Source: Eledone cirrhosa
Lineage: Eukaryota
Length of the DNA stretch: 64,000 nt
Reading direction: 5' to 3'
Assembly (NCBI GenBank): GCA_964016885.1
Contig: OZ024743.1
Coordinates: 105,214,001 to 105,278,000 of the forward strand
Shown piece after piece: positions 12,693 through 26,673 of the stretch. Below the pieces are notes generated by a model that ran no database searches, was not told the origin of the DNA, and was given only the letters and a program-made list of their open reading frames with translations. Every line of letters begins with the position of its first letter. Position 1 is the stretch's first letter. Made by a program: the position numbers and the translations under genes.

Positions 12693-13002
12693 CTGAAGAT
12701 GAAAGTTTAATAATGATCGTTGGGGATAATCTCGGAGTAGTTATTCCAATTATATATTTTAGCACGTGTGCGTACAATTCTAAGTAAGAGTTAAAAGCCA
12801 ATGCAACCGCAGCAACAAATTCTCCCTACTTCCATAACAACTTTACAGTAGAACACTAAAATTGACAACATAAAATTCAACGATGTCGGATGAATGAGCT
12901 GCGGAAATATTTACCCAACGAAACTCGCTTATTCGACTGATGAAAATGTTCTGAATTGCGTTGATACATACATACACACACACATACATTATATATATAT
13001 AT

Positions 13003-13264
13003 ATAACGAAGGAAATGTGGTACGGAACCAGAGGGACCATAACGCACCAAAGTACTCAATACTTAGGGTAGTAGAGTGGGTAATAGGAACGAGTAGGACC
13101 CCGACGGCTGAGCTCAAGCCGTTTCGACGGCTAGTTCTGGACTAAATGAACATTTTTATCCTGGTAAAATATGTATACTCTGATTTACCAGGATAAAAAT
13201 GTTCCTTTAGTCCAGAACTAGCCGTCGAAACGGCTTGAGCTCAGCCGTCGGGGTCCTACTCGTT

Positions 13265-13269
<5 letters not shown>
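13003..13269. mobile_element. Penelope-type terminal segment with fold-back (86-bp arms, 15-bp loop) carrying a hammerhead 3' half
   Basis: Arms 13083-13168 and 13184-13269. GAAA-CGGC..GCCG-TC motif. Same family as 48721-48923. Confidence 0.75.
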
Positions 13270-13336
<67 letters not shown>

Positions 13337-13482
13337 TATATACTGTATATATATACATATATATATGTACGTATGTATATATATATTAACGCATAAAATA
13401 CGTGTATATATAAATATTTATACTCTGCTTTGTATTGAGTACCTTAATTACTGTGGTTACCCCCGATTGAACCCGGGATAAA

Positions 13483-13571
<89 letters not shown>

Positions 13572-13580
13572 TTATATATA

Positions 13581-14174
13581 CCAACAAGAAGAGGTTAAAT
13601 CCTATGTAGGTATGGCGGAGGGCCGGCTTAAAGAACGCTTCCTGAACCACTAGTCGACCTTCTGATACCCGGACAAACGATCGTCCAGGAAAGCTGCTCG
13701 CGAGCCACGCATGGTCCCTCAAGGACACAGGTGTAAATTGCTCCATCCAATGGAAAGTCATTACTAAGTCTAAGCCATACGCAAATGGGAATCAGTCTTG
13801 TGGGCTGTGCATTGAAGAAAAGATCAATACCCTTAAGATTGCGCTTCTCTAATTTCAAGGAATGAACGTCGTCCACACGTCTGGAAACAACTGTTATATA
13901 ATTACAAAGCTCCAGATTCACTAACATGAATAATCTATAATATTCTGAATGACATGAATAATTTATTCCGAGCATCCACAATTATCCCCCTTACCTCCCC
14001 CAGGAAAAGTAACTGTTTCTGCATATGCGTATTCGTACTGTTGTTTTTCTTTCTCCGTACAACTTCATTTAGACCGAGCTGATGATCCGAATAAGGTGAA
14101 ACTAACTGTTGTGGAACTATTAAACGCTTTGATATTAATCATTGATTAAACTTCCGTTTACATAAAAACATTTA

Positions 14175-14180
<6 letters not shown>
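13581..14180 (+). mobile_element. Penelope-like element 3' fragment: GIY-YIG endonuclease C-half, 3' UTR and hammerhead core
   Basis: [61 protein letters not shown] with stops and a frameshift. CTGATGA at 14079-85 and GAAA at 14098-101. Confidence 0.85.
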
Positions 14181-14405
<225 letters not shown>

Positions 14406-14472
14406 TATATATGTGTAAATGTATTTATATAAACAGAAGTTTAATCAAGGATTAATATAAAAGCATTTAATA

Positions 14473-14542
14473 GATTTACGAGCGTTTCTCTAAACTAACA
14501 GATATGAATAATCCTTGCCTTCAAGAATTGCTCATCTGAATC
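14473..14542 (-). ncRNA. degenerate type I hammerhead motif
   Basis: gatt-CAGATGA-...-GAAA-cgctcg-TA-aatc; one core mismatch. Confidence 0.5.
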
Positions 14543-14866
14543 AATCAAATATAAATAATTTACCTTGCACCCAATGGGAAAAAAAGAAAACAAGAATGTA
14601 AAAATAACGTTTAAATAATATAAGGAAACCTTAAAATATGTAAGCCTAAAGACGTAATCAAAATTTATAAACGATAAAATATTTACATTCGGTAACTATA
14701 GATATCATACTAAATATATTATAAATTTACAAAAATTAATGTCCACTAAAATATAACTAGATTCATACTAATGGGAATTATAAAGTCTATTATCATTTAG
14801 TAAGTGAAGTTATAAACATATTAGAATATACAAAACGGACATTAAAATATATGGAAGCATAAAACG

Positions 14867-14995
<129 letters not shown>

Positions 14996-15149
14996 ATATA
15001 ATTAAAATGAAGGTTAAATGACTAAAAAGCTTCAATAAGTGCACCATAACAGTACTGAAGAGATAAAAAAAAGATAAACGACTATCAGAATAAGGATGGG
15101 AATATAAAGATGGGGTTACAATTATATGATAAAAGAAAGAATATAATAT

Positions 15150-16260
15150 TCTATGTGGATAAATTTCATTGACTTCAAAAAGGCTTGTGATAGCATTCAC
15201 AGGCAGATGCTTTGGAAAATTCTGGAAGTCCATGGCATTCCTGAAAGGTTCATCAATGTCTTCAAAAATATTTATTTGGATTCAAGCTGCTGTGTCAAAG
15301 TTGCAAATGGCACCACAGGTTTCTTCCAAATCCACACAGGTGTGCGACAGGGCTGCATTCTGTTCACCATGTTTTTCTGGCTGGCCATTGACTTTGTAAT
15401 GAGGAAATCAGTGGAAATTCATGCTCAGACTCAAAACTTTGGCATCCAATGTACTGTTTCCAAGAAACTGACAGATTTGGATTTCGCCGACGATTTAGCA
15501 TTATTTCTGAACAACATTGGACAGATTCAACAATGACAACACATAAGAATCTGCAGCAATATATGGACTCAGAATTAACAGAAAAAACACTAAATTGCAA
15601 TGTGGCAAGAAAATTGCTGAGAAAGTGCATATTGAAACAGTGAATAGAAGAGGTCAACGAATTCACCTATTTGGGCAGCATAGCCTCCAATGAAGGCCTC
15701 AATCAGCTTGATGTAAACTGCAGATTTGGAAAGGTATTAGGATCATTTCGTCACCTGATAAACATTTGGTTGTAGCAAATAATCTGCATGCCCATTAAAC
15801 TGCAGTTCTTCAATAGCATTATAATCACAATTGCCTTATATGCTAGTGAAACCCGAAAACTGACTGCCAAAATTCTTAAGAAACTCAACGTTTTCCAACA
15901 AAGATGCCTCGGAAAAATCCTGAAACTCCCTTATCGAGACTGGATTACTAATGTAGAGGTGCTGAAGAAAAGTAAACAGAGACTACTGAAAGGCGCCTGA
16001 CACTGGCTGGACACATTCTACGCATGACTGAGTGCCGGAACCCCTCTGTAGCAATGAGATGAATCCCAGTCAGTGGCAAGCGGAAGAAAAAGAAAGACCC
16101 AAGAAAACCTGTCGTTCAACTTTCAAAGAAGATTTTCAGAGGATTGGATTGAACTGAGAAACTACTCAAGATGCCGCAGCTGATCGTGTGAATTGGAGGA
16201 GACTCATTGCTAATATGCTTCAGGGCATAGGAGAACCTAAGATCTGGACAAGAAGGGATT
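15150..16260 (+). mobile_element. RTE-clade LINE, 5'-truncated RT pseudogene
   Basis: FIDFKKACDSIHR..TGVRQGCIL..LDFADDL, then LYASET..LNVFQQRCLGKIL..WITNVEVL, with frameshifts and stops. Confidence 0.9.
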
Positions 16261-17051
16261 ATATCATTTTCCGAATGAGAAGGATAATTTTTGAAGCAAT
16301 AATTTCCATCGTTTCGGTCAGAGAAAAATTGCATCAAGTTCTCCCCACCTCCCAGTATAAGGTTTCCAATAATCCCAAGTGAGTATATTATGATATAACC
16401 TTTTAAACGCCAAATTTACTTAGCTAAGGAATTGGATATTGTAGTGTTAGTATTTTGAAGTCTGTTTTATACATTATTGTAGTTAGATAAAGCAAATATT
16501 TTCACTAGACTGCCTAAGAGTGTAATTAGTATCATTAATCTGTACATTATAACAATACTCAACTCCTCTAAGCAAAACGAGGGAGACAACTCATAAAATA
16601 CTTTAAATTACTTGAGCTACTGAATCCCGTACGCTAGTTGTGTGTTGATGTATTCTGATGTTTCTCTGGGGCTTCATTCTCATGAATTCATTGCCATTTT
16701 TTTTCCTTATTTTCCTCGAAACCCTATTATTACAACATATATTCTCATTCTGTTCTTCCGTACACCTCTTTATATTTCTTCTCTCTCTTTTGTGTCTGCT
16801 TTCGGTTATCAGACTCTCTTCCTGCGTTCTAATCTATGTATGTAACTATATCTCTCTATCTCTGTATATTTCTCTATTTCTCATTTCTCTATCTCACTGT
16901 CTCTATATCTATATTTCTCATTTCTCTATCTCACTGTCTCTATATCTCTAATTCTGTATTTCTCTACTCTAATTCTGTATCTATGTCTCTATCAACCCCA
17001 TCTATGCATACATCCACTCGTCCATCCATCCAGTCATCCACCCCCTCCCCC

Positions 17052-17328
<277 letters not shown>

Positions 17329-19419
17329 AGCAGTCCCAGCTTTTTTCCTTGATTCGTTTTTATACCTTTACATTTCTTTGTCCATTCCTCCCCTTTTTAT
17401 TACTATCCTCCTCTTGCCCCTGCTCCATTAAACGGCTCTTCTTTTCTTCTATTTTCCGTTCCTTTACTTTCTTTATAAATATCAGGTTCCTCTATCCGTG
17501 GTGTCTTCCCTTATAAATATATCACGTATAATTCTAGATTTCCTCTATACTTTTTTCCTTCTACTTTCATTTTCCCTTTCGACTTCCGTTATTATCATAC
17601 CAGTATATTATTCAAATCTAATCTAATGTAGCCCACTCTGACTTTCTATCTTTGTTTTCGGTTTCTTTCTCATCCTGGGTTCCTTTCGTTTCTCTTTTTC
17701 TTTCCTAAAATACAGATTTACTTACTTCCTGTAAGAGTTCCGTTTTGTCTATTTTTCCACGTTTCACAATATATTTCTTCTGTGTTTTTCCTTGTGTATT
17801 CTCCTTTATATTATATTTCTAACAACTCGTTTTATCTCTCAGCTACATTCTTAAACTAGCTTCCTAAGAAATTTTCTTTTTGCAATTTAGAGCTCTCTCT
17901 TAAATTTGCACTATTCTAACTATCTGATACATTTTTCTACGTCGTTTCCACGCTGAAATCTTCAGAACTGAAGATTGGATTCCAATTTGCTTGAAGGCAT
18001 TTTACTGTGACGTTGGTATTTGACACTGTTTGAATTATGTGCACGGTGATATTGATTTTTCTACGTGTGCCAGGTACTTCCTTTTATCAATATCAAAGTA
18101 GTGTGTGAACAGCCAGCTACAACCGTTATTGTTACATCTTGTAGGCTGCATTAAAGTATGCTGGAATGGACGTGATTAGTAAAAACGTATTACTTACTGC
18201 TGCTGTATTGTCAACCCTGACTGTCCACATCACAACGATGATTGCATATGCACACATACACATTTGTAAAAATAATGTATATATATATACCCGCGCACAT
18301 TCACAGTCACACACACACACACACACACACACATATTTAAAAAGAGAGAACGTCAGGGTGACAGAGATACATGCATATATGCATTCACGTATATATATAT
18401 ATATATATATAAGACATGCATACATAAATAAATTCATACGTTCATGTATACATACAAAATGCATACATTCATCCATACAAATATACATACATACACGTTC
18501 GTTATTTCTTCACTCCAATAATATATAATGGAAAGAGAGTATTACCCACAAATTACTTCGGTCGAACATGATATCATATGGATATTTCTTTTATTAGATA
18601 ATATTTATATTTACAGGTTCTCTCTCTCTCTCTCTTTCATTTATAATGATATAATTTTAATTGGTGATGTGACAATAAGTTTAGACCATGAGTTCGATTC
18701 CCGGTGGTGTGCTTTGTATTTGAGCAAGCCATTCTATCTCACTTTACACCAGTCCACTTGGCTCTACTTGTGATTCGAACGGCCAGTCTAGTCAGACAAT
18801 GTGTCACATTGAAACCTCATGAGAAATAAGTTAAAAGTACACGTGTATGTGTAAAGCTCACGGACATACAGTTTTATTTCACCATCTTACTGATCGTTAT
18901 TCGTACAACTGGAACACACATCGTCATAACTGACGAAGGTACAAAACAACACACATATAGCTAGCTGGATTGAATACCTTAGCATAATTCCGTTCCGTCT
19001 AAATATCACAGAGTAGAAAACCGAGGATCTATGTAATGATTCTTGCTCAGGAATGAACTGATTTTACATTCTATTATATACATCCACATTTTATTTGTGC
19101 TTTAAAATCAATAACATATATGTATATATAATTTGTCTTTATAAAACGCTGGGTTTTCTGTCTTCAGTCCGCACTTATCATTTTGGTAACCTTAAGCAGA
19201 TATACGGTTTTAGGTTATATGTTAAAAGTAACTCCAAATAATATCATAATAAAGATGGTATTATATTATGCCGTAATGTTGTCACAAGCACTCTGGTGAT
19301 GATAAATATTTAGGTGCGAACATATAGGATATTATAACATAAACTACAAACAGAAAAGGCAAAAAAGAAAATATGAAAACCAATAAAAAATACTTACACA
19401 AGTAAAAACATATTCAAAC

Positions 19420-19495
<76 letters not shown>

Positions 19496-19810
19496 ATAAT
19501 AATAAATTTGAAGACTAGAATCCAAAGAGGGCTCGATAAGGATAAATATATATCAAATATATAAGAACCGTAGAGCAAATATGAACCACCTAATAAAATA
19601 CTAGCCTACGACTTCTTTTATACCATAAACGTGGTTTTGTATTTGCGTGTAATTGTTTTTCACCGCTCCAAATAGTGACGTATTATATTCGTTTTTTTCC
19701 CGTTCTTTGCCAGGGAACGTTTCCACGAACCAAATTATCGTCTTCCTGTGTTCTTCCGGTTGCAACGTTTTTTGAAATATTCACTTCTGCGTTCACAGAT
19801 TGAATTTGTT

Positions 19811-19861
19811 AGTTTCAGAAGATCCCGTTAAGGGTGAAAGCAGCGATTCTTTGCTTAAACT
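19811..19861 (+). ncRNA. type I hammerhead motif, one core substitution
   Basis: agttt-CAGAAGA-tccc gttaa gggt-GAAA-gca..tgc-TT-aaact. All three stems pair. Followed by an AT tail and (TA)n. Confidence 0.65.
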
Positions 19862-19952
19862 TTAATCTGTTATTTTAATAAATAAATAAATAAATATATA
19901 TATATATATATATATATATTTAAAAGAATAGAGGTGTAACACACGAGTTATG

Positions 19953-20337
19953 ATATATTGGTAAAAGAAAAAGAAAATGCTGACAAATTGTTCCCAGTGA
20001 AAAATAGTTTAATTAGGAATAAGTAAAAATTAGTAATAGTATTGGTTAGTATTCAGTTTTGGTTTTAAGTTTTACCGGTTGAGCATTTCTAATGCTTTTC
20101 AAAAATAATTTTGAGATAGAGCGCCCGTGATGTTTGCTCTAATCAGATTAGGGCAAACATCACGGGCGCTCTATCTCAAAATTATTTTTGAAAAGCATTA
20201 GAAATGCGCAACCGGTAAAACTTAAAACCAAAACTGAATACTAACCAATACTATTACTAATTTTTACTTATTCCTAATTAAACTATTTTTCACTGGGAAC
20301 AACTTGTCAGCATTTTCTTTTCCTTTTACAAATATAT
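19953..20337. repeat. 385-bp near-perfect palindrome centred at 20145, with a degenerate hammerhead in each arm
   Basis: Arms are reverse complements with a few mismatches. TTGAAAA-gc..gc-GCAA-ccgg-TA at 20188-20217. Confidence 0.9.
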
Positions 20338-20342
20338 ATATA

Positions 20343-21635
20343 TATATGAAAGACGTAAAATAAGAAAATTTTAAAAATTAAAAATTAACTTACTTACTAA
20401 AATTTTCACTCCAACTAATTAGTTTCTGTAATGGGATAAATATAGTTACATAAATATATAACTATAGAGAATTCATTACGTCGTCAGGAAGTATATTCTC
20501 AGCTAAGTTCCCAGGCAATGCGCGGACACTAGGAACCCATATAAAAATAATAATTCAGTAGATGGAAAGAAGCTAGCGTGGACTAAATTCCGGAGCACTG
20601 AAAAAATTTCACTACCTCTGGTCAGTGGCAGATTCTAAAGAATCAATCACGTGACACCGAGGTTAATCAGTTAGGAGCGGGGTGGTATTATGACAAGAGC
20701 CTACTACTACCATGAAACGGCAGTCAATTTTGGCCAGTTTTGCTCAACAAATAATTTGGAGATAAATATAGAGAATTAGTACATCTACCAACATATGTGT
20801 ACAGATGTATACTCATGCTAGCAAATATATAAGTTATGTCTTAGTACCTATGTGGTTCTATGCAGGTGAATGCAGAACAATTATATGAAAGACGTAAAAT
20901 AAGAACATTTAAAAAATTAAAAATTAACTTATTACTAAAATTTTCACTCCAACTAATTAGTTTCTGTAATGGGATAAATATAGTTACATAATATATATAA
21001 CTATAGAGAATTCATTACGTCATCAGTGAGTCTATTCTCAGCTAAGTTCCCAGGCAATGCGCGGACACTAGGAACCCATATATGGTAGTTGTACTAATTC
21101 TCTATATTTATCTCCAAATTATTTGTTGAGCAAAACTGGCCAAAATTTACTGCTGTCTCATGGTAGTTGTAGGCTCTTGTCATAATACCACCCCGTTCCT
21201 AACTGATTAACCTCGGTGTCACGTGATTGATTCTTTAGAATCTGCCACTGACCAGAGGCAGTGAAATTTTTTCAGTGCTCCGGAATTTAGTCCACGCTAG
21301 CTTCTTTCCATCTACTGAATTATTATTTTTATATGGGTTCCTAGTGTCCGCGCATTGCCTGGGAACTTAGCTGAGAATAGACTCCCTGATGACGTAATGA
21401 ATTCTCTATAGTTATATATATTATGTAACTATATTTATCCCATTACAGAAACTAATTAGTTGGAGTGAAAATTTTAGTAAGTAAGTTCATTTTTAATTTT
21501 TTAAATGTTCTTATTCTACGTCTTTCATATAATTGTTCTGCATTCACCTGCATAGAACCACATAGGTACTAAGACATAACTTATATATTTGCTAGCATGA
21601 GTATACATCTGTACACATATGTTGGTAGATGTACT

Positions 21636-21643
<8 letters not shown>
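20343..21643. mobile_element. retrozyme-like element: 539-bp hammerhead monomer, tandem on the minus strand plus an inverted, permuted copy
   Basis: Direct repeat 20344 vs 20883. Inverted arm 21083-21643. Hammerheads at 20408-20492(-), 20946-21031(-) and 21381-21466(+). Confidence 0.85.
21381..21466 (+). ncRNA. type I hammerhead ribozyme motif
   Basis: actcc-CTGATGA-c gtaatg..cattac a-GAAA-ctaattag-TT-ggagt; palindromic stem III. Confidence 0.8.
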
Positions 21644-21700
<57 letters not shown>

Positions 21701-21774
21701 TATATAAATGAAGTATTTCCGTAGGAAAGGTAAAGGAAAAGAGAGTGCTCTATGTAGGCTACAGAACTTTTTAG

Positions 21775-21933
21775 TTATGTAATAAACAACATAAGATAAT
21801 TAATTAATTTACCAATGGTCTCTTGAAGAGCTTGACACTTATGTCTTTCTTCATTCATCACAATAAGTTTATTATGGAATTTCAAGAAACCATTGGTAAA
21901 TGAATTAATTATCTTACGTTGTTTATTACATAA
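21775..21933. repeat. inverted repeat (53-bp arms, 53-bp spacer) with hammerhead 3' half
   Basis: Arms 21775-21827 and 21881-21933. GAAA-cca t tgg-TA in the right arm. Confidence 0.8.
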
Positions 21934-21960
<27 letters not shown>

Positions 21961-21966
<6 letters not shown>

Positions 21967-22400
21967 ATAAAACATGTCTACAGAATCACCAGATAAAATA
22001 TATACCATTTCCTCTCCCAATTAGCATAATTAACCATATAAAAAATCGATTAGATCAAGCTATAAGAATAAAGGCTTCTATGAAGAAATCTCCGACAAAT
22101 AACCGAAAGCAGCCCTTCGCGTCGGTTGCGACGGAGTATTTATCGAGTATTTCGACAACGTGTATAAATCGCTCAGATATACAGTCAACTAAACAGAATT
22201 AGGTGTCGAAATACTCGATAAATACTCCGTCGCAACCGACGCGAAGGGCTGCTTTCGGTTATTTGTCGGAGATTTCTTCATAGAAGCCTTTATTCTTATA
22301 GCTTGGTCTAATCGATTTTTTATATGGTTAATTATGCTAATTGGGAGAGAAAATGGTATATATTTTATCTGGTTATTCTATAGACATGTTTTATAATATA
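21961..22400. repeat. inverted repeat (197-bp arms, 46-bp spacer)
   Basis: Arms 21961-22157 and 22204-22400, beginning at TGTC-GAAA followed by a long imperfect hairpin. TA-rich outer ends. Confidence 0.9.
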
Positions 22401-22459
22401 TAGCTCTGATTATTTAATTTATTAATTCTTCATTGAGCCACAAAGTGACCCGTTGCAAA

Positions 22460-22495
<36 letters not shown>

Positions 22496-22501
22496 GCAAA
22501 C

Positions 22502-22573
<72 letters not shown>

Positions 22574-23042
22574 TTTATTTATTTATTTATTTATATATCC
22601 GATGGACTCTCCAGTCGTATATGTACCTATGAGGGTTCAACAGTTTTCTCAGTTCATTTGTTATGGCTATTCATTAAACAGTACTGTAGTCCAGCTGCTA
22701 ATTTAAACAGCAAGCCGCATTTAGTGCCAACGACAATCTATTTAGTGGAGACGGATAGAAGGCTTTATCGAATTTTGATATAGATATAAACGAAATTTCA
22801 CTTTAACATTTCACTGTAACCAATGTTTGCGTCGATAACTATTGGCCTCGATTTTGATGTGGAATAAAAGATAAACATCGAAATATATTCATCTCTCTTA
22901 CTTAATATAAACACTCTGCGATGCGAATCCTCGCTTTCAACGACGCCGAACATCCAATTCACGTAGTAGCATTGAGTTATTGAATTGATGCCGCCTCTAA
23001 TCAAACGAACTGAAACTATGTATAGTGTCAGTTTGTGAGTAT

Positions 23043-23110
<68 letters not shown>

Positions 23111-23121
23111 CATATCTCATC

Positions 23122-23669
23122 GTCGGGTCGTTGGCGACTAAACTGGCAACCCCACCAAGTTTCTTGGTGAGGAGGGTGACTTTGGACATCCTGCAGGACT
23201 AAAAACAAAACCTGTCAAAGGGCAAAGGAGCTCTTAAGAGTCAATGGCCATCCAAAATCACCGGGAGAGATGACCCCTTAGCCTTTGTCAAGGCAGAATT
23301 CTAGGAGAAGGAAAACTCTGATATAATATCTGTAACCCTGATGGTATCCAATGATGTTGACTTGTTCTTCTTTTTGGTAAATATCATCTTGTTTAAGAGA
23401 GTGGGACTGGCTTTGTGCAGTGCCTTTGCTCACTATAAAAGCTTCATGGCACAGGCATTGCTTTATATCTGGAGATCTCTCTACACTTGTCGTCACATGG
23501 TACCATTGGCCCAGCACTATGTGTCAATAATTGTCACAAGTTTAGTGTTTGTACCAGAGTTTTCAAGTCGCTGGCTGGACTAAAAAGTCACACACGTTCA
23601 GCCCATCGGTAGGGTTTCTCCTACATGGATATAAAGTAGTGGCGGTACTCGAAAACGAGTTGGCAGCCA

Positions 23670-23672
<3 letters not shown>
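23122..23672 (+). mobile_element. non-autonomous element with RTE-like ends, copy 3
   Basis: Same as copies 1 and 2, embedded in (TA)n. Confidence 0.8.
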
Positions 23673-23734
<62 letters not shown>

Positions 23735-23780
23735 CTGTGATTTCTAGTCTTTCGGGATCTATAAATAAAGTACCCGAGTC

Positions 23781-23825
<45 letters not shown>

Positions 23826-23964
23826 TTATCACCTCCTCTCATTTCGAATCTCACTGTAATGATCTCTCGGTTTTTTTCTCTGAGAGAAATTCGCCATGTT
23901 TAAAATATACAAGACGGATCGTTTGTCAGTACACTTCCGCTACGCTGTAGCGGTGATGTGAATA

Positions 23965-24100
23965 CTATATCTGACGAAAAGACAGCAGAATGGATATGCT
24001 TTTACGAGGCTAAAACTATGGAGTTACATAAATGCCATTGATTTGACTACACATCAATAACTTTACTCTGTCTTTGCTCTCTGAAACGACGTAAATTGGA
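23965..24100 (+). ncRNA. degenerate hammerhead motif with long stem II
   Basis: CTGACGA-aaagacag..ctgtcttt..-GAAA-cgacg-TA. Stem I is poor. An AT tail leads to (TA)n. Confidence 0.45.
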
Positions 24101-24167
24101 TTACCTACCTTACCATGTCTTATTCCTTATTTTTTCATTATTTATCATTATATATATAGGTATATAC

Positions 24168-24214
<47 letters not shown>

Positions 24215-26622
24215 TTTATATTTTTAGATTCATCTCTGAGTTACAATTACTAAGATTACGTGTCGAAACAAATGTGGTTGTCTTAATAGCAAGAAACAAT
24301 ATTGCTAGTATGAATTATTGTTTTGTTTTATTTTGTAATTAAAACAGCAGATGTTTATTTAGAGAAAATTTTATGCCATTTCTTAAATCAACGCCCAAAA
24401 TATGTCTAAGAATATGCTTAACTCCTACATTTATAAAGTATGAGTTGGTCAGATTAAGCATCCCCAGAAAATAATGTAACCTTTCTGTTTTTTTCTCTGG
24501 CGCTCTCTCTCTCTTTCCCTATATATATATATATATATAAGTACATACCTATCTATCTATCCATCTATCTACCGATATATCTCTCCTCTCTCTATCTCTC
24601 CCCGCCTTTCACTATCTATCATTCACTGTAGTTTTAACACTTTTTCGATTCTTCATCATGGTGCACCTTCGTGATTTACCATTATTTGTAAAGCACGTTT
24701 GAATGGTAATAAATGCGGATCGTTGGAGTTCAAAGAAAGTGAAAATTAAGCTATATATTTTTCGTTTGGCATCTAAACGGGAAACGATATCCATGTATCA
24801 AGTATTAATTAGTGACCTGAAGTCGTAATCAGAGAGATGTAATCCTTACATCTACTTAAATTTCGTACGCAGGTATACATCAATCATCAGTTAGTTATGT
24901 CTTGCTTTTACAGCTCACTAATGACACATGCTATGGCTCTAATCTGCCTGTAGATATCACGGTACACGAGTCAAAGGAAGAATAAGAAGGGGAAATAAAT
25001 AAAACAAAACTCTTGAAATAGCTGCTAGGTTCGTGAATATCAATAGCAAGTACAGTTACAGCAGTTGTTTCTAGATAGTTAAAACAAATATCATGAAATA
25101 GCTGCTAGTGAAGGTTCATGAATTTCAACACAAGTACAGTTACAATAGTTATTGCCAGATAACAGAAGCATGCCGGGGTCCATTTCATTTCAATACATCA
25201 CTCACACGGACCTCCGTCGGTTTCGACAGCGAGTGTTCAAGTTGGTCGATCAACGTAACAGTTTGCTCATGAAGTTAACGTGTAAGTAGTTCAGCATTCC
25301 ATAAATATAAGAATCGTTATCATAATTCTCAGGGAGAATCAGCATGACAAAATGTGTGACAAGGATTGCCCTTTAAATTACAGACACATTTCACCCGACG
25401 TGGTTCCAATAAGTTTCCATTTACCTAATTTCATTTTCAAGGCATGGGTCAATCCGAGGCCATAGCACATAACACGTACCCAATATGCTACGGAGTGGGA
25501 TTGAGCCTGGGAACTTCAGATAGCGAAGCAAACCTCTTAACTATGCAGCGCCAAACCATTTACTTTCGATACATCTATTAGTTGGCAGGATTGGCATGGT
25601 ATTTAGTTATGCCCTTTTACTGCACATCTACTCAGTAAAAGGCCTCTCTAAGATTCTTGCTGAGTCTCAACAAGGAGTAGACAATGCAGTAGTTATCATA
25701 TTTAGTGTACAAACCATCAATAATGATAATTAAGTCTTTTAATATAGGCAAAAGGCCAGTAATTTGGAGCGAAAGGATAATTTTATTATATCAATCTAAA
25801 TAGTCGACTGATACTTTACTTTACCGACCTCAGAAAGATATAAAGCAAAGTTGATCTCGGCAAGATATGAACTCACGTTGCCTCTCCAATGGGCTTACTC
25901 ACAGTCTCCGCCTATCAAATTCCACTCAGGTTTTTGGTAGAGGATATTTGACTTATATGTCGCATAACGTAATCGAACTAGAAGGCACGGTGTTACGAAA
26001 CGAAATCCTTAAAGCCATAGTAATGACTGAACCCATTTGCCGCAAGGCTCCGTGATAAGGTTTCTATAGTAAGATCTCAATCGAGTGTCACTGGTATTAT
26101 TTTATAATCAATATGGGAAGAATGAAATGGAAAGTGTGTACACCTCCTGGTGGCATGTAAAGTGAAAATCTATGGTTGATCGATATCAAATACTTTGATG
26201 AGGCGTTTAGTCTGTCGTTGCACAATTTCTGCCAACTAGCCTTCCCTACAGAGATTAATATGAAGAGGATTGGACCAGGCATACGGCCAACTTTCTCAGA
26301 GTTTGGCTATAGTTGATTGAATCAATCTGTGCGAAAGACTTTTAAACCGCTTCCCTTACAAACATTAATATTAGTTGTTTTGTTGACTGAAATGTGTTTG
26401 CTCAATAACAACATACCCATACCCAGAAGATTTGCCTGAAGCATAATTAATCACGGATATCTTATTCAATTACTTTGCATTGTTTCTATTTTCTACTTTT
26501 TTTTCCCCAAAATTTCTTTCGAATTTGTATTGCTTTAACTGTTGGACGTAATTAAGTATTCGAAGCAAACAAAAGCATTGAAAGAGCTCGTTTCTGAAAT
26601 ACTTCTTTCATCATTTTGCCAG

Positions 26623-26673
<51 letters not shown>

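Noticed and set aside
19953-22400. Palindromes as sequencing or amplification chimeras
   Set aside because: Arms differ by scattered substitutions and end at element or microsatellite boundaries. Spanning reads would still be the decisive test.
22850-24290. Further hammerhead-like halves at about 22880 and 24265 (also 29250-29285 and 34147)
   Set aside because: Core or stems too incomplete to call.
25016-25162. Diverged tandem duplication with a period of about 80 bp
   Set aside because: Two copies only; an ordinary local duplication.
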